This document shows, in pieces, positions 40,377 to 52,903 of a stretch of DNA of 64,000 nucleotides. The stretch is taken from assembly GCF_006345805.1 (NCBI RefSeq), contig NC_043002.1:64108001-64172000 (forward strand), given 5' to 3'. Position numbers and translations under genes: made by a program. The notes under the pieces were generated by a model. That model made no database searches, was not told the DNA's origin, and saw only the letters and a list, made by a program, of their open reading frames with translations. The DNA comes from Octopus sinensis (Eukaryota). How positions within the stretch are numbered: position 1 is the stretch's first letter; each line of letters starts with the position of its first letter.

Positions 40377-40537
40377 AGATAGGGTAAACGTTTTTATTTC
40401 TCATTCCCTTCCAGAATTACAACTATTAGTAGTTTGGAATTTAACTGCTCTTTCTAGTGAGTCAGATGTCCTATTAGGGCCATCTCTTATATGTTTAAAT
40501 GTAATCTGTATATATATATATATATATATAATATATA

Positions 40538-43500
40538 CGAGCAGGGCAAAGATGGCAAGGATGGAGACGATGAAAGAAGTCACCCCCACCTGGTGGACAC
40601 CCGGGAAGGGGTTTTGAGTGAGAAACCTGCCAGGGAAGTGAACCCAAGTGCAAGTGCTCCTACCGGCAGCAAGGGCCATGGAGATGGAGAACCCAGGGAA
40701 GAAGAAGAGGGAAGAAGAACTAAAAGAAGGACTGAAAGAGCTAAAGGAAAAGCTCAAGCAGGACCAAAGGGTGAAACAGCCAGGAATAGAAGTGGAACCG
40801 CAAAGGATGGAAACAAACAGCGCACACGGGTGTGTAGGTTCTACCTGAGAGGTACCTGCTGGCATGGAGAGGAAGGTGCAGGCTGCCGCTTTGCACATCG
40901 GGGACCCTGCCGCAGAGACACGAAACAGATAAGAAACAAACCATCAACACAAGGAAAAGGGAAGGACCACGTACCACCTGCCCCAAAACGGAGGTACGCA
41001 GATGTGGCGCGTGCCACAAACCGCCAACATGATGTTGTTGAAAGGGCAGCTGCTGAGCAAGAAACTTTTTTGTGCATGGCACAAAAGATTGTACAGCAGC
41101 TGACCTGGCTTCATCAAACCCAAGCTCGCAGGAGGGACTACCTACAATATACAAGACCACCACAGCAAACAGACCCAAGATGGACACCGCCGGCAACAAC
41201 ATACACCTCACCTCGATGCTCCTGAACATCAGAGGACTGCAAACGCTCAGTAACAGGAAAAAATCCCGTTCTTGAGAGACTTTGTCACATGCAAACAAGC
41301 CTTATGCATAGCACTTACGGAAACGCACCTGACATAGCAGATGCGGAATTACACATACCACAGTATGTTGTACTACGGACCGACAGAAAAGAAAGGAGTC
41401 ATGGAGGAGTTGCTATGTAAATCCGTGAGGACCTCACACCCCAGGTCCTTTTGTCATACTCAAACTCGGTGTGTGACACACTAATTGTACACATAAGGCA
41501 ACTTGATGTAGTTGTGTGTGCTACATATCGCCCTCCAGATACTCCAAGCCATGTAGGCAAGTTTGAAGACTGCCTTATAAAAATAGAAGTTCTAATCACA
41601 TTAGAACAACACATAAGTGTACTTCTCATGGGAGACTTCAATCTACCCAATGTCAGATGGCCTGAGGGCCTTTCTCTCCCAGGAATGACAAGATGTGAAC
41701 GAGGACAGGCAAGGTCCCTCCTGAACCTCATCAACACCCTGTACATGGAGCAAGTAATACTCCAACCAACCAGGGCAGGTAACACACTGGATCTCTGCTT
41801 CACAAATAATATGGATCTCATCCATAATGTGAAAGTGACACCGACACTACTCTCGGATCACAACATGGTAGAGCTGACCATGTACAGGCCAAAAGAGAGC
41901 ACAGACATGCAGCCTACAAGAAACCCTCAGAATCTTTCCAGCTTGAACTATCATAAGGCAAACTGGAAAGAAATTGAGGAAGAGATCCTCAAACAAAACT
42001 GACCTAAATGTCTCTCCTCGCCAGACATCGACGTGAAACTTCAACGATTCATGTCTGTAATGCAAGCCATATGCTACAAATGTGTCCCGGAGAGAAAGGC
42101 CACTGTACATAAGAACAAAATCCCCAGAGAGAGCAAAATTTTAATGAGACGGCGTACAAAAATTTCAAATCGCCTAAACAAACAGATTGAAAGCAGTGAA
42201 AAGTCCCGCCTGAGAATAAAACTGTTGGAAATTGAAAAATGTCTGCAACTCTCCCATGAAAAGGAAAGAGCAGACAAAAAGCCTGGGCTATAGACAACAT
42301 AAATTCTAAACCCAGAGCTTTCTACAGGTATGCCAAAGAAACAGCTACGGCGCACTGTAGGATAGGGCCACTCCTTGAAAAGGATGGCACACTTACTGGA
42401 AAACCAATGAGGGTAAGTGAAATACTGAATGAGCAATTCAAGAGTGTTTTCACTCCACCCCTTGGGCATCTCCAAATCACCAATCCAACTGACTTCTTTA
42501 CCACTGCAGATATAAAATCAGAGGCGGCGACGATAGATTACATCGATATAAAGGAAGACGATGTAATAAAGGCTATAGATGAAATGAAAACAGACTCAGC
42601 TACTGGCCCCGATGGATTCCCGGCAATCCTCCTAAAAGTATGTAAGAGAGTCCTAGCAAGACCACTGCAGTTCCTCTTTCAGAGCTTCCTTGCAGCTGGC
42701 AAACTTCCAAGACAACTGAAGGAAGATAAAATATGCCCCATTCATAGAGGAGGTAGCAGAGCGGAGGCCAAGAACTACAGACCTATCTCTCTGACCTCAC
42801 ACATCAGCAAGGTCATGGAACGAATAGTCAGAAGGAAACTGATCACCTTCCTTGAAGAAAATGACTTGCTGCCCGACACCCAACATGGTTTCCGACCAGG
42901 GAGAAGCTGTTTAACTCAGCTCCTACAACACTATGACCGGGTGCTGAAACGGCTGCTCAACCACTCAAATGTGGAAGTGATATATCTCGACTTTGCAAAG
43001 GCCTTTGATAAAGTCGATCATGGAATGATATGTCACAAACTGCGTGATCTCAACATAGTTGGAAAACTGGGAGAATGGCTTCATGACTTTCTGAAAGATA
43101 GAAGTCAGGTGGTAGTAGCCAATGGGGCCACTTCAATTAACACGCAAATAGTGAGCGGTGTTCCGCAGGGCACTGTTTTGGGACCACTACTGTTCATAAT
43201 GGCCCTCTCAGACATGCCCTCAGCCACGCAGAGAGCCACGATCACAAGTTATGCAGATGATACAAAAGTTTCACAGGCAATACAGAACCCTGAGGACACT
43301 AAACGCCTGCAATGTGAGCTGGACAAAATATACAAGTGGGCCGAAAAGAATAGCATGCAGTTCAATGCTGAAAAGTTTCAAGCTTTATACTATCAGCATG
43401 CAAAACTAAATGCAATACCCAATGAATACACTGGACCCGGAGGAATAGCAATCCCAGAGGCACAATCAGTGCGTGACCTGGGTATTTACATGAGTGATGA

Positions 43501-44240
43501 CGCAACCTTTCGTGTACATGTTGCTAAATTGGCAATGAAATGTAGACGACTGGCCGAATAGATTCTCAGAACCTTTAGAACAAGAGAACAAGAAACCATG
43601 ATGGTCCTCTGGAGGACACTTGTCCTAAGCCACTTTGACTATTGCTCTCAGTTATGGTCACCATCCAGTGTCAAGTTGATCACAGAACTCGAGGCGATCC
43701 AACGTAGCTACACGAAGAAGATAGCTTCTATGCAGAATGTAAGCTACTGGGAAAGACTCAAGAGATTAAAACTATATTCCTTGGAGCGTAGGCGGGAAAG
43801 ATATGCCATAATATACATCTGGAAGATCCTGGAGGGACGTGTCCCAAACTTTGGCATCGAGAGTTACACAAATGCCAGAACTGGGCGCCCCTGCGTGGTG
43901 CCTAGGACTCCAAATTTGCCATCAAGATGTAGGACAAGATACTGTGATAGCCTGGGCTTCCGAGGCCCACAGCTCTTCAATATCCTCCCGAAGAACCTAA
44001 GAGACCTGCACGGGGTGGATGCAGATGTCTTTAAAATAAAACTGGATCTCTTCCTCTCAGGTGTCCCAGATGAACCAACTTCACGGCAGGAGGTGCAGAT
44101 GAGTGCAGCTGCATCGAACTCTCTCATGCACCAAATGGCAGTCGCTAAAAAGCTTTCGTGAAGTAAAACCATGTAGCAACACCAAATGGCGGTGCCCCAG
44201 CATGGCCACAGCTCATGAGCTGAAACTAAAATCAATCAAT
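40538..44240 (+). mobile_element. Near full-length CR1-group LINE (ORF1 CCCH finger; ORF2 APE + RT), inactivated
   Basis: ORF1 runs to 41225 with Cx7Cx8Cx3H. ORF2 from ~41180: LLNIRGL, ALTETH, YRPP, GDFN, LDL.F, SDH, NYRPISLT, DFAKAFDKVDH, GVPQGTVLGPLLF, YADD. Several stops and frameshifts. Tail (AATC)n. Flanked by (TA)n on both sides. Confidence 0.95.
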
Positions 44241-44319
44241 ATATATATTACTTCTCTAAATCTCTCAGTGGGTTTTACACAGTAGCAGCACAATAAAGTG
44301 ATGGCATGTTGCCAACTTA

Positions 44320-44606
44320 ATGTGACAGTCACATGAAAGTGATGTATGCTACTGCTATTTAGCCCTAGGAAACAACGTTTCCCGTTGGCCTTGACACATT
44401 TCCTGTGTCTTTATGTTTACAAAGTGGAGATAAACACCTCCATCCAGCAAAGTCAGCATGCAGAGACAAGTTTCAGAATTATTACTTATCATAAGTCTGG
44501 ATTTGCATGGATTGCTAGCTGTCAAAATTTGTCACGACCAAGAGGAAACGGTGTTTCCTAGGGCTAAACAGCAGTAGCATTCTTCCATTTCATGGGACTG
44601 TCACAT
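44320..44606. mobile_element. Tc1/mariner-type MITE with ~80-bp imperfect TIRs and a TA target site duplication
   Basis: TA|ATGTGACAGTCACATGAAA..GCTACTGCTATTTAGCCCTAGGAAAC and GTTTCCTAGGGCTAAACAGCAGTAGC..TTTCATGGGACTGTCACAT|TA. Confidence 0.85.
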
Positions 44607-44687
44607 TATATTATATATATATATACATATGCTAGTTCTAAAGACTCTTTAAGAGAGTACTGCAGTAGCTGTACTAATAAGTAATGC

Positions 44688-45089
44688 TCGTTGCCACTTC
44701 TACATAGCTGTCCGATCGAACGAAATTTAATGCAATTTTTTTTTTATCCCAAGAAGACATCTCCTCTAGCTGGTTAACGATTCACAGCTGCATCCGATAT
44801 ATTGCGAGCTGAGGAGCGAACTCATACCGCTAACATCACTTGTTAGTACAACTGTTGCGGTGATCTATGAGTGTGATTTTAGAACTAGCATTTTTGCTTG
44901 TTGCAAAATCAGCGACTGTGTTAACTTGGAATTATATATATTGCAATCAGAAGTCAGCTAATGCCATCTCTTGCAATATCTCGGATGCAGCTGTGCATCG
45001 TTAACCAGGTAGAGGTGATGTCCTCGTGGGATCAAAAAATCGTTATAAATTCCGTTCCACTGGACAACCATGTTTAGAAATGGTTACGA
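44688..45089. mobile_element. Foldback MITE with ~120-130-bp imperfect inverted arms
   Basis: CTCTAGCTGGTTAACGATTCACAGCTGCATCCGATATATTGC pairs with GCAATATCTCGGATGCAGCTGTGCATCGTTAACCAGGTAGAG, and pairing extends outward. Confidence 0.75.
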
Positions 45090-45190
45090 AAAATACTTCT
45101 TATCTGTATAGTTATATATAAAAATAAATACATCAACTGAAAGTTTCCCCGTTTTGCTAACCTTCGTTTTGCATATATATATATATTATA

Positions 45191-45273
<83 letters not shown>

Positions 45274-45949
45274 GCAAAATGAATGACATATATATATATA
45301 TGTCATTAGTGCAGCATGTTGTAATGTATGTGCATGTGTCTGAGCGTGAACCTGGATGTATATGTATAAACGTATATGAACGTTCTTGCTGGTGATCACA
45401 TATGAATAAATGCGTGTTCGTGCTAATGCGCTTGTCATTATTCACGTAATGTGTATGTGTGTATAAGCTGATATAGCTTTAATGTTTTCGGAGAAAATAG
45501 CTGCCATACTAGAATCTTGGTAGTGTGTGAATTCCCTGAGATTAAGCTCTTCTTTTTTATTCTAAGCGTGTTTTGTTCCCCTTTTTGTCTCCCCCGATAC
45601 TCCTTACCGTATCTATTTGCCTGTTTTATTTATTCATTTGAATTTCTTCACTGACCATGTGACATCTTCATTATTTATTTATTCTTTCATTCATCTAAAC
45701 CGGACTCCATTCGGCCCGATATTTAGGGGAGGCATCTTAGATTTTGATGTTGAAGTTCGAGTACAACAATTTGTTTATACATCTACAGTGCACAAAACAA
45801 TTTAACAGCTTTTATATACAATCCATAATAAAGTGTAATTTCGAAAACATCATAATGTTTCTTTTTTTAAAAACAGCAAATGTCTATGGGAGACCAATAG
45901 AGTTATATTAAAATCGAAAAGGTCCGTAAGCAAAAAGAAAAATAATAAT

Positions 45950-46226
45950 TGAGAAGCGTCACCCTTTTCAAGCCTAGCCAAGCTCATGGGCCGGGACGTT
46001 AGTCCATCGCAGCGTTACTCAAGAAATAGGAAGAGAGAGAGAGAGTGTGAGAAAGTTGTGGCGAAAGAATACAGCAGGGTTCGCCACCACCCTCTGCCGG
46101 AGCCTCGTGGAGCTTTTAGGTGTTTTCTAGATCAGTAAACACACACAACACCCGGTCTGGGAATCAAAACCGCGATCCTCCGACCGCGAGTCCGCTGCCC
46201 TAACCACTGGACCATTGGGCCTCCAC
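45950..46226 (-). mobile_element. SINE family B, full length
   Basis: tRNA-like head as at 1858. 3' end GGCTAGGCTTGAAAAGGGTGACG. Confidence 0.9.
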
Positions 46227-47467
46227 AAATTGAGAAACACTGACTTTAATTAATAATGGAATGCCAACCTACCTCTCTTCAGAAAGCAGTCCTATTTTAC
46301 TACGTACATCTGCCTACGAAGTCAATTTCTTTGAAATATATTAACTAATTAATTTATTTACTTTATTGCATTTATATACAGTATCTTCCTCTGCATTTGT
46401 ATATGTCCTTGACCTTTACTTCCTTAAGCAAATCATTAATCGTAACTTGCTGAGTAGATCTACGCTTTAGGTCCTATATTTAGTGAGATTGCGCCGTGAG
46501 GTCGACATTATGTTTTGGAGTATTGGGAATCCTTCTGAAGATAAGGCCAGCACATTTACTTCTCAGCAAATACGGGTGAAACCATGCATATATATTTACA
46601 TGTATATTTTATATGTGTGTGAATGTTGATGTGATATATATTGAATAAATATTGAAACAGCTGTAAACAAATAGAAATTCTCTCTCAATTTTTCTCATAT
46701 TTGTTCTATCTGAGGTGTTTAAATCTTTTACAATCATGTCATCGTCTTAACTCAGACTTTTGACACAAAAGTCTCTTCCTTGCATTTGAAACTATTTGGT
46801 CATCTTGTAACCGTAGCATGTCATGATATTGAAACATTTTAAATGCATTTCTGTTTTATCAATGTGTGTGCGTGCGCAAGTGTGGGGTGGCTGTTGAGCT
46901 ACAATTAAGACATTTCAAACGGTAGTACGTTATGCACGAGAAATGGAGGTGTGGCGAACATTTTTTTTACCTTTGCTTTATAGATATAGGCTTGTAGGTA
47001 AACCTTCACAAGTATCAAACCCACAGACACAAACGTATATGCGTGCGGGAAGTTATTCTGTGACTGTCGTTGTATGCAGTATAAAAGTGTAAAGTATAAA
47101 AGTATGTGTGTACAAAAGCATGTAGTTTGAGTAATGTATGTATTTATATGAGTAGCGGAATTATACACAGAGGTTATCGAAGGTTGCTTCATAGTTATAT
47201 ATACTATAAAGTATTACTTTAAACTTTGAGGAATGATAACATACAATAAATACAATAAACTGCATGGGTGTGTGTGTCTGTGTGTGTCTGTATGCTTTAT
47301 TTCATGTATATTATATACTAAAGTATATATGGAGAGGGGAAATGGTGAGACATATGATATGAATACGTTGCTGCTCTAACGTTTCGACTGCTTCTCTTTC
47401 GGATATACGATCTATTGAATATATATATATATGCACACACCCATATATATATATATATATATATATA

Positions 47468-47533
<66 letters not shown>

Positions 47534-48150
47534 CATATGCATATTCATATACTAATCATTATAAATGCATTTGTGTGTCCATGTTTATATGGATTTATAC
47601 GTGTGAGAGTCTTTGTCTGCAAGGCAGTGTACATGTTTGTGTAAATATGTACTTTGAAGCAAACTTATATGTAATGTCGTTTTTTCACAGGTCACCGCAC
47701 ACGGTATATGGATGCATTATTTTCTATTCTTCATCAACAGTGTATAGCTAATTCTATTATTCTCAAAATTTGAAGTTGGAGAATTTTTGCATTGCTCTCT
47801 CTCTTTCTCTCTGTCTCTGTCTCTCTCTCTCTCTTAATGTTAGGATTAAAAGATTCCAAGTTCAGCGAGTTCTTTCCTGAGATAATGTTAAACATTAGAA
47901 TGAAGTCAAGTATGAAGAACAGATTTCTGTTTCATATCAGTTTAAAGTATTTGCTTATACAGTAGGGTTACTGTTGTACATGATTGAATGCATCGCTTTT
48001 GTACAAATGCTCAAATATACATGTTTGCCTTCTGAATGTATACATATAAATATACAAGTGAGCTCATAGTTCTCAACATCGATTTGAAGATATACATATC
48101 TGCTTATATCAGTCTATCTCGCTAGCTACCTGTACTCAAACACACACACA

Positions 48151-48230
<80 letters not shown>

Positions 48231-48235
48231 ACATA

Positions 48236-49033
48236 GGGCGCGGTGAATAAAGGTTCGTTTAAATTACGCAAAAATAAAAATAATACTGACATCTCATTTT
48301 AACATATATTTACCAAAATTACATTAAAATATCTTGAAATACTAAAGAGTATAAAATCGCAATTTACTTCAACCACGACCTCCAGACGACTTCGGAATCT
48401 CCTGTAGGTCTTCTGGGACAATTCCATATTCAAGTTAGTTAATGTTGCCATAATGCTTGCCTTCAGTTTATCTTAGGTTTTGAAATTTTTTTTTTCTCCC
48501 GCTCACCTGCTCCTCATACATAATACTGAAGCGGGTTGAAGTCTGGGGAGTTTGGTAGCTAGACGTTAGGGGTGATGTCGTTGGAGAAATTGTCTGACAG
48601 ATATAACTGGGATTTCCTGCATGTGTGGCATGTGCAGGTTATTGTTGCCAGATATGGGGTTTCCAGCAACCACCCACTTGATCCTGAGACCTTGTGGGAA
48701 GATGAATGGAGGCATAACGTTGCTATCGCTAATGATCACTCAAAACACCATGATGTTGATGAGGTGTTTGATTTTTTATCACTCTCGGTACATGTTCTCA
48801 GATTGCACTGTAAACCTAAACCTGCTGAAATGTTCGTATTGGAGCTTCCGGCTGGAATGCCAAGCAGTTCGGAATGTCTTTCCAAATTTATGGCAGGAAG
48901 AATTACGTCATGGTGCTGTTTTCCTCCCAGTTGGTGCCCAACTGACCCTACTATATTATGTAATCTACAAGCACAAAAAAAACAATGCGCATGCGTGAAA
49001 TTAAAATTATAAAAAGGCGACAATTTACCCAGG
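48236..49033 (-). mobile_element. maT (DD37D)-type element, internally deleted
   Basis: Minus strand DNFSNDITPNV*LPNSPDFNPLQYYV*G parallels 13630-13720. N-terminal ..LLGIPAGSSNTNIS. Imperfect AGGGC.. termini. Confidence 0.75.
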
Positions 49034-50070
49034 GCATTCTGCGTATATAATATGTTTATGTATATACGTATAGACGTATGTATCTATGTATATGCAAGCA
49101 CATATATACGTATTATATACGAAGGTTATTGTATTTCCACACAGACATATGCTAGTTTGCATCGAGAATACATCTAACAACGCAACATCGCTTTGTAGAG
49201 ATACTCAGCTGTGGATAAAACTTGTATACATATACACACACGCCGCAAATAAATAGAGTTATATGAGCATATACACCGATAGATTTTAAATTAATCGCCA
49301 GAATAAACAAACACTAACGAACAATGTTTACCGTGATTAATAGACAAATTCACATATGATTAAAGGAAGATATACTATTCAAAATATACATCACTTATCA
49401 CACTGTTTTAAACTATTCGTAACATAGACTGAGAGTGATATTAATCAAATGCATATTAATTATACAATATATTGATATTTCATTAATACCCTCGTAAAGC
49501 AGCAGACGATATGCTCTTCTTGAAACCATAAATTAGTATGAAATATGTCAAATATCATAGAATCTCACTAACAAGTGCTTCATTGCCTACGTATTATATA
49601 AATTCGAATACAAACGAAAAATGTGTAAACTTCGTGAAGCATTATATGGTATTTTTCACATAATGTCCAAAATCACCTGACGCATCATCGTGCATTTGCC
49701 ACTATGTCTTCGTTTAGTTTCGTAACGCGTTTTAAACTCCAATATATGAATGAAGCTTCAGTAACCTGAAGAGGATTATACATAGCCAAATGATATATAT
49801 ATATATATATTATATATATATATAGCTGTCAACTCCACAAAGCACATTGTAAATAATCCACAAGAACTGAAGCAAACAGTCTTTAACGTGTTCTGAAAAG
49901 TTTACACCAAGCCGCCAGCTGGCCTCAAGAGACAGGTTCGTATCTTCAAAGAATATGATCAACGTTCTATTTTATTGGACTCTCATTTGTCGTTTACAAG
50001 GGCTTCATCAAATATTTATGTATATATATACATACATACACACACACACTCACACACAAACACACACATA

Positions 50071-50124
<54 letters not shown>

Positions 50125-50286
50125 CATATAATTGGAATTTACAAAAAACAGAATACGAAGACGTCTGTGTAAAGAACAAACATATGTATCGAGAAGTGAG
50201 AAAGTCTTTTACGTTTCGATTCTACGCTCTTCAACAGAGAGGAACACAGAAATAAGCAGAGAATACACACCAGACACACACACACA

Positions 50287-50403
<117 letters not shown>

Positions 50404-50447
50404 ATATGCATGTATATTCATATATATGTACATATATATATATACAT

Positions 50448-51448
50448 ACAATTGAGGGTAAAATTAATTAATTAATCAATTTCACCAAGTGTTCAGTATG
50501 CAAAGGGACCATTTAAGGCGAATTCAAATTATTACATTATATAAAAGAGCTTAGTAAAATAAATTACGTTGCCGCATACTGAACTCATTAGAAATAGCAG
50601 CTAAAAAAACATTTATAAAACTATTTCTAATACTTAAAGAAAACCTCTCTCATATAGTGTTTGCTCAATTCAACTCACGAAAGTATGGGGGGTAGAGACA
50701 TTAAAAAATCAAATGCAAAGGTTATTTGAGAACGTACGTTTCAAGATTAGTCAAACTCGACATTTCTATCATCAGCTCAGAACTCCCTGGTTTGGATTTG
50801 AAAACACTGAAAGTGGGAGCATACCCCTTCGGCCTCTTATCGCTTCTGAAGATCCGCTCGTAACTAACAGTGCCAACAAACTCAAATATGCAAGCGAAGA
50901 ATTTCTGCTCTCCCCTTTCCACCAGCGTGGGTTAAAATCAGTAAACACTATGCTTTTTTCGGTAAAATCCGAGGCATTTAAATAGAGAGAGATGAATTAT
51001 AATTTCAACAATTGAGGGTAAAATTAATTAATTAATCAATTTCACCAAGTGTTCAGTATGCAAAGGGATCATTTAAGGCGAATTCAAATTATTACATTAT
51101 ATAAAAGGGCTTAGTAAAATAAATTACTTTGCCGCATACTGAACTCATTAGAAATAGCAGCTAAAAAAACATTTATAAAACTATTTCTAATGCTTAAAGA
51201 AAACCTCTCTCATATAGTGTTTGCTCAATTCAACTCACGAAAGTATGGGGGGTAGAGACATTAAAAAATCAAATGCAAAGGTTATTTGAGAACGTACGTT
51301 TCAAGATTAGTCAAATTGAGCAAACACTATATGAGAGAGATTTTCTTTAAGTATTAGAAATAGTTTTATAAATGTTTTTTTAGCTGCTATTTCTAATGAG
51401 TTCAGTATGCGGCAAAGTAATTTATTTTACTAAGCCCTTTTATATAAT
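50448..51448 (-). mobile_element. Penelope-like pLTR cluster: direct repeats 50448-50755 and 51008-51315 plus an inverted partial copy 51316-51448
   Basis: Two near-identical 308-bp copies 560 bp apart, followed by the reverse complement of ~51095-51230. A hammerhead lies at the repeat boundary. Confidence 0.85.
50727..50779 (-). ncRNA. Hammerhead motif (canonical CUGAUGA, palindromic stem III, GUU site)
   Basis: Reverse complement TGAG-CTGATGA-TAGAAATGTC GAGTTT GACTAATCTT-GAAA-CGTACG-TT-CTCA. Stem II has an internal loop. Confidence 0.65.
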
Positions 51449-51469
51449 ATATATACATACATATATGTT

Positions 51470-51608
51470 TGCCTCCCAACCACATGGTTCCGATTTCAGT
51501 CCGATTGCGTGTCGCCTTGCGCAAGTGTCTTCTACTGTAGCGTCGGGCACACTAAAGCCTCATGAGTGAATTTGATAGACAGAAACAGAAAGAAGCCCGT
51601 CGTATATA

Positions 51609-51650
<42 letters not shown>
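51470..51650 (+). mobile_element. SINE family A, 5' half
   Basis: CCAACCACATGGTTCCG...GCAAGTGTCTTCTACTGTAGC...AGAAGCCCGTCGTATAT. Confidence 0.85.
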
Positions 51651-51659
<9 letters not shown>

Positions 51660-51687
51660 ATAAGGGTGAAAAGGAACACACGAGTTG

Positions 51688-52140
51688 ATATATATGAAAA
51701 AACAAGTCAAAATAGAAAATGCTAAAATAATTTTATAAAGAACATTTCAGTACCGGTTTCGGTCATTTTGAGACCTTTTCAACTGTAACGATTAAATAAT
51801 TAAATTTAGAAAAATTAGAAGAAAAGTTTTTTTAAAGGAATATTTGTATAGTGTTCAAATATAAGTGGCATTCTGCCTTTCTCTGTCTCCCTTGTTTGCA
51901 CTTGTGTGTTCGAGGTCTGACACACAAGTGCAAACAAGGGAGACAGAGAAAGGCAGAATGCCACTTATATTTGAACACTATACAAATATTCCTTTAAAAA
52001 CACTTTTCTTCTAATTTTTCTAAATTTAATTATTTAATCGTTACAGTTGAAAAGGTCTCAAAATGACCGAAACCGGTACTGAAATGTTCTTTATAAAATT
52101 ATTTTAGCATTTTCTATTTTGACTTGTTTTTTCATATATA
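51688..52140. repeat. Near-perfect 450-bp palindrome (PLE-terminal hairpin)
   Basis: Arms 51688-51909 and 51920-52140 with a 10-nt loop. One mismatch seen. Confidence 0.95.
52044..52081 (+). ncRNA. Minimal hammerhead motif (U3-A8 variant, GUA site); mirror copy on the minus strand at 51748-51785
   Basis: CAG-TTGAAAA-GGTC TCAAAAT GACC-GAAA-CCGG-TA-CTG. Confidence 0.7.
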
Positions 52141-52714
52141 TATATATATATTATATATATATATATATATTATATATATATATATATGTATACATATATA
52201 TATATATTCGCTCTTGAAACTGGTATAACCGACCCTATGAGTTTACATGGATGTAGAAGGTACTTTTTCTAGGAGCGCTTCCAATGGATAATCAAATTTG
52301 CACGTTAGAATCATGTTATTTACAAGCTGCTAAATATTTTGTTTGTTTTTTTCTCTCCTAAATAATTCATTCGATCAACCATTAATTACATTATTTTTTT
52401 TTACATTTTAGGGCTAATATGTGTAATGTTTAGCATACATTTTTCACTAATTTATCTCCATCCAGATTCATTTTCTCGCTTATAACTACACCTTTCCTGG
52501 TCGATGAGATTACTACTTGAGCTCCATCACGTGTAGCTAACTAATAACGCATACAACATTGAGAGTCATTTCGTTTCAAAATATTCTTTTGTAATCGAAT
52601 TAATACATCGATTTTTCTTCCGTCAGAAGCTTGTTAGCGACTGTACTTATTACTCTATGGTTTGATGCAGCATATTCTCTTTCCTGATTTAAAAGATATT
52701 GTTAATATACTTAC

Positions 52715-52903
52715 CTTTTTTGTAGTTTGGATACGACTTTCATTTCTATCATTCAAATGACGTCTCGTCTGCGCGTTTTCAATACGTGCAGCGTCTGACG
52801 TATATTTTGTATAGTATTTCTGCGTGTATTGATCTTTGGATTCATATATTGTTTTGATAAAATACCTATTGTTCAATAGAGTTTCAATAGTGTTCGTTTT
52901 GTT
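52715..52903 (-). CDS. Candidate internal coding exon of an unidentified host gene (189 nt, phase 0/0)
   Basis: TGTTACAG| acceptor and AAG|GTAAGT donor. Length is divisible by 3. The frame is open: NKTNTIETLLNNRYFIKTIYESKDQYTQKYYTKYTSDAARIENAQTRRHLNDRNESRIQTTKK. Non-repetitive sequence. Confidence 0.5.

Noticed and set aside
40491-40537. ORF1 start as given by the ORF track (MFKCNLYIYI...)
   Set aside because: It lies in the flanking (TA)n tract. The LINE appears 5'-truncated at ~40538.
40290-40540. Hammerhead as the LINE's own 5' processing ribozyme
   Set aside because: It is separated from the LINE by unrelated sequence and a TA tract, and the LINE starts mid-ORF1. Adjacency is more likely coincidental.
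50195-50245. Minus-strand TTGAAGAGCGTAGAATCGAAACGTA hammerhead-like motif (also 47365-47405)
   Set aside because: Uncompensated core change and no stem I pairing. Probably decayed PLE ends, so not counted.
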